A stretch of DNA of 64,000 nt from Squalus acanthias (lineage: Eukaryota): contig CM059433.1 of the NCBI GenBank assembly GCA_030390025.1, forward strand, positions 6,262,001 through 6,326,000, written 5' to 3'. The notes beneath the pieces were generated by a model. The model saw nothing but the letters and a program-made list of their open reading frames with translations, did no database searches and had not been told where the DNA came from. The translations under genes and the position numbers were made by a program. Position 1 is the first letter of the stretch. The number at the start of each line of letters is the position of its first letter. Below, one piece after another: positions 48,038 through 64,000 of this stretch.

Positions 48038-49014
48038 TTCACCATCTCCCTTCCCACCATCCAGCCTTTTGTATTACTGGCTAAAATAATGATCAGGGTT
48101 CTCTTTTTTTTTATAAAGAAAGAGAACAGTGTGCCCTGCCTGATTTCTCCCTTTGAAAACACCAAATCCCAATTATGTGAGAAGATTGAGTGAGTGAAGA
48201 TATCCAGGTTGGACAAGTTAGTGAAAGTGTCGGCTACAATGCATTGCAAAATAGTAGAGAAACAATCAACTAAAGCATGGCAGAGTTAGCATCACATTGG
48301 TTATACCTTGTGTAACCCAAATAATGTGCGTTGTGTCCAGTCAGATCCATGAATAGCATAAATACAGTATCTGCACAATAGTTCCCCCCCACCTCAAAAA
48401 ACTAAAAACATGAGCAGCTGAATAGGAAGCATACAGATTTAAAAAGTACTGAAAGGGCACAGCTTTCAACGCAGAAGGGAATGGTACATCATTCATTACT
48501 TAAATAAACATAAAATTGATGAGAACTTAACATTTTCTTTATCCAATCTTTACTGCCGATTCAAACCGAAGGTTTGCAGTTTGTAGAACACTGAACTCAG
48601 ATTCCAAGCCAGGAGAGCGGTTAGAAAGTGCACTGACTTTCACAAACAGAAGTCAGAGGATCACTCGTGCGAGGTGCCAGAAGCTCCTTATAAAGTTGAC
48701 GGATCTAAGGAATTCTGACAGCTGCTTTGAAATTAGTACCATGAAGACTTTGTGGGTTCAAGACGCCAGAGAGAGGGGCCAAACATTCAGAACATGTGAA
48801 ACTCTATACTTTTTTTAAACCAAAAGAACTTTTATAGGTTACAGGATTATTGTTGTCAGGTCCCAAAATTAATGTCGGTTTTCCTGCTGCGCTGGGAATT
48901 GTTAGATTTAGAGTTCATGTACAGGCTTGGAAGAGTAGATCTGCCCCTCCAAGGAGTCTCCAAAATCCGTGATGAGAGATTGATACGGTTAATATACATA
49001 CGATATATAAATTC

Positions 49015-49295
49015 TGCCATTTAAGACGGAGATGAGGAGGAATTTCTTCTCTCAGAGGGTCGTGAATCTTTGGAATTCTCTACCCCAGAGAGCTGTGGAG
49101 GTGGAGTCATTGAATATATTCAAGGCGGAGATTGACAGACATTTGAACAATAGGGGAGTCAAGGGTTATGGGGAGAGAGCAGGAAAGTGGTGTTGAGGAC
49201 AAGATTGGATCAGCCATGATCTTATTGAATGGCAGAGCAGGCTCGAGGGGCCGGTTGGTCTACTCCTGTTTCTTTTGTTCTGTTTCTGTGTTCTA
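49015..49295 (+). mobile_element. CR1 3' end
   Basis: GAGATGAGGAGGAATTTCTTC...3'UTR. Confidence 0.85.
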
Positions 49296-49690
49296 GGATG
49301 AGCCATTTTGAACCTCTCATCTCCTCCACCTATTTAATCTCCAAAATGAACATTTGTCCACATCACAGAAATAATAGATAAACAGAGCAAATCAGTTCAA
49401 GAACTGTCACGTATAAAGATTCTGAAGAATTGAAATGATTGTTTTAAAACAGGAAACCTTACTTGGTATCAAAGAAACAATGCAGCATAGGGAAGGACCA
49501 CCACCACTGTAGGTTATAATCAATGGTTGCAGTGAGGTTTCTTTTTTGTTCAATTTGCTTTACAAGTTAAGCATTTGTTTGTGTCCACTGAACTGGTGAC
49601 ATTTCTTGGAAGATGGAGATTTAATTTGTACAGCAATATTACAATTGATTTTATAAATAATCACAAGATCACGGACTGGAAAAGGTAGGC

Positions 49691-49696
49691 TTTATT
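49691..49696 (-). terminator. HPCAL1: Candidate HPCAL1 polyadenylation signal
   Basis: TTTATT on + (AATAAA on -), about 1 kb past the stop, after a repeat-free AT-rich stretch. Confidence 0.4.
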
Positions 49697-50704
49697 TTGC
49701 TACACTTCTCGGCAGTAGGCAGATGTCAAGTAACACTGGAGTACATATGATTTGAACTACTGACAGCTGAAAATACAGAAACATTGCAAAAGGATGTTGC
49801 AATACATCAGTAACAGCAAATACTACTTTCCAGATAACTTGACCTTTGCTCCAATAATCCCCTACTGCTGTAAATTAAACATTTAATTCTGCCAACATAA
49901 ACTGGAAGCTTCTCCTTCCTTGCGCAACCCTAAAAACAGATTTTCCTTGATTTATAATAAAAAATTAACTTAAATTTGTGATCAATATATTTTACATAAT
50001 AGGCAAATATTAAATGTTCATGACTCTCACTGGTAGTTGTGACACGTGTTCAATCACTAGTGAGCAAGATAAAAATATATATATCAGTATGAATATATGT
50101 ATCAAACCAGCTTTGAAATGAAATACAGGAAAAGGCTAAATAGCATTACATTAAATATATAGACCTGCCTTCAATATTGAACTATATTCCACCGTAAAGA
50201 ATTTTTGAAATGTCCAACAATTTTTCAAGTGCAAGCAATTTTCTTACAGAATAGAAGCATAGAAGCTACGGGCGCTTGCACGATGAGCTTTTTAGCCGTC
50301 AGCTACATTCATTGCTATTTCAACACCTGGTATGATCTAGTCTCGAACAAACAATTCCATAGTTGCTCATTGAATATTTACAAACCCCCCCTTTAACTAA
50401 ATAAGTGATCGAAGCTACACATCAGATACATCAACTGCATTCAAAAAAACTCAAGACAACTGCATGTAAACATAACCTTAAACTTTTTGAATATCTGTGG
50501 AAATTGCTTCATTGCATGGGAATGCTGCACTTATGTAACTGCAAAAAGCAGAACTCCAGCCACTTTAATGCACGATGCAGCAAAATCTGGCAACTGAATC
50601 TGTCCACCAAACCATTAGGAATGAGTGAAAGGCATCTGCTGCAAGCTAAGCTTGAATGACAAGCCAGTGGTTCTTCATTACTGTCCAGACAAATCTTACT
50701 TAAA

Positions 50705-63901
<13,197 letters not shown>

Positions 63902-64000
63902 CCTCTTGGTTTTGGTTTAAACCTACATAAAAGAAGAAATGTGAATTAACATGTGTGTGAATTACTTTGACCTGCTGAACAAACTAATTATACTTGGGAC

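Overview
Vertebrate genomic DNA, most likely a cartilaginous fish (inferred from the repeat families: CR1 LINEs, DeuSINE/SacSINE-type tRNA SINEs, Penelope-like elements, Harbinger, hAT and Tigger-like DNA transposons). Two genes lie tail-to-tail. The first is a complete ODC1 (ornithine decarboxylase) on + with a CpG-island/TATA promoter, two 5'UTR exons and ten coding exons at 7143-12052 (464 aa). The second is the three coding exons of HPCAL1 (VILIP-3, 193 aa) on - at 63901-50705. The most interesting signal is hidden from the ORF track because it is split by intron 1: the spliced ODC1 leader encodes a 39-aa upstream ORF ending PPWRDS-stop. It resembles the polyamine-sensing uCC of antizyme inhibitor/ODC homologues, but here it appears to start at a weak-context AUG that is overlapped by a second short AUG uORF. 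Also present are two intron-1 E-boxes, minimal hammerhead ribozyme cores in Penelope-like repeats, a CR1/hAT/CR1 nested insertion, and a ~98-unit 15-bp minisatellite inside a Harbinger element. All comparisons with other species are from memory; no database search was run.
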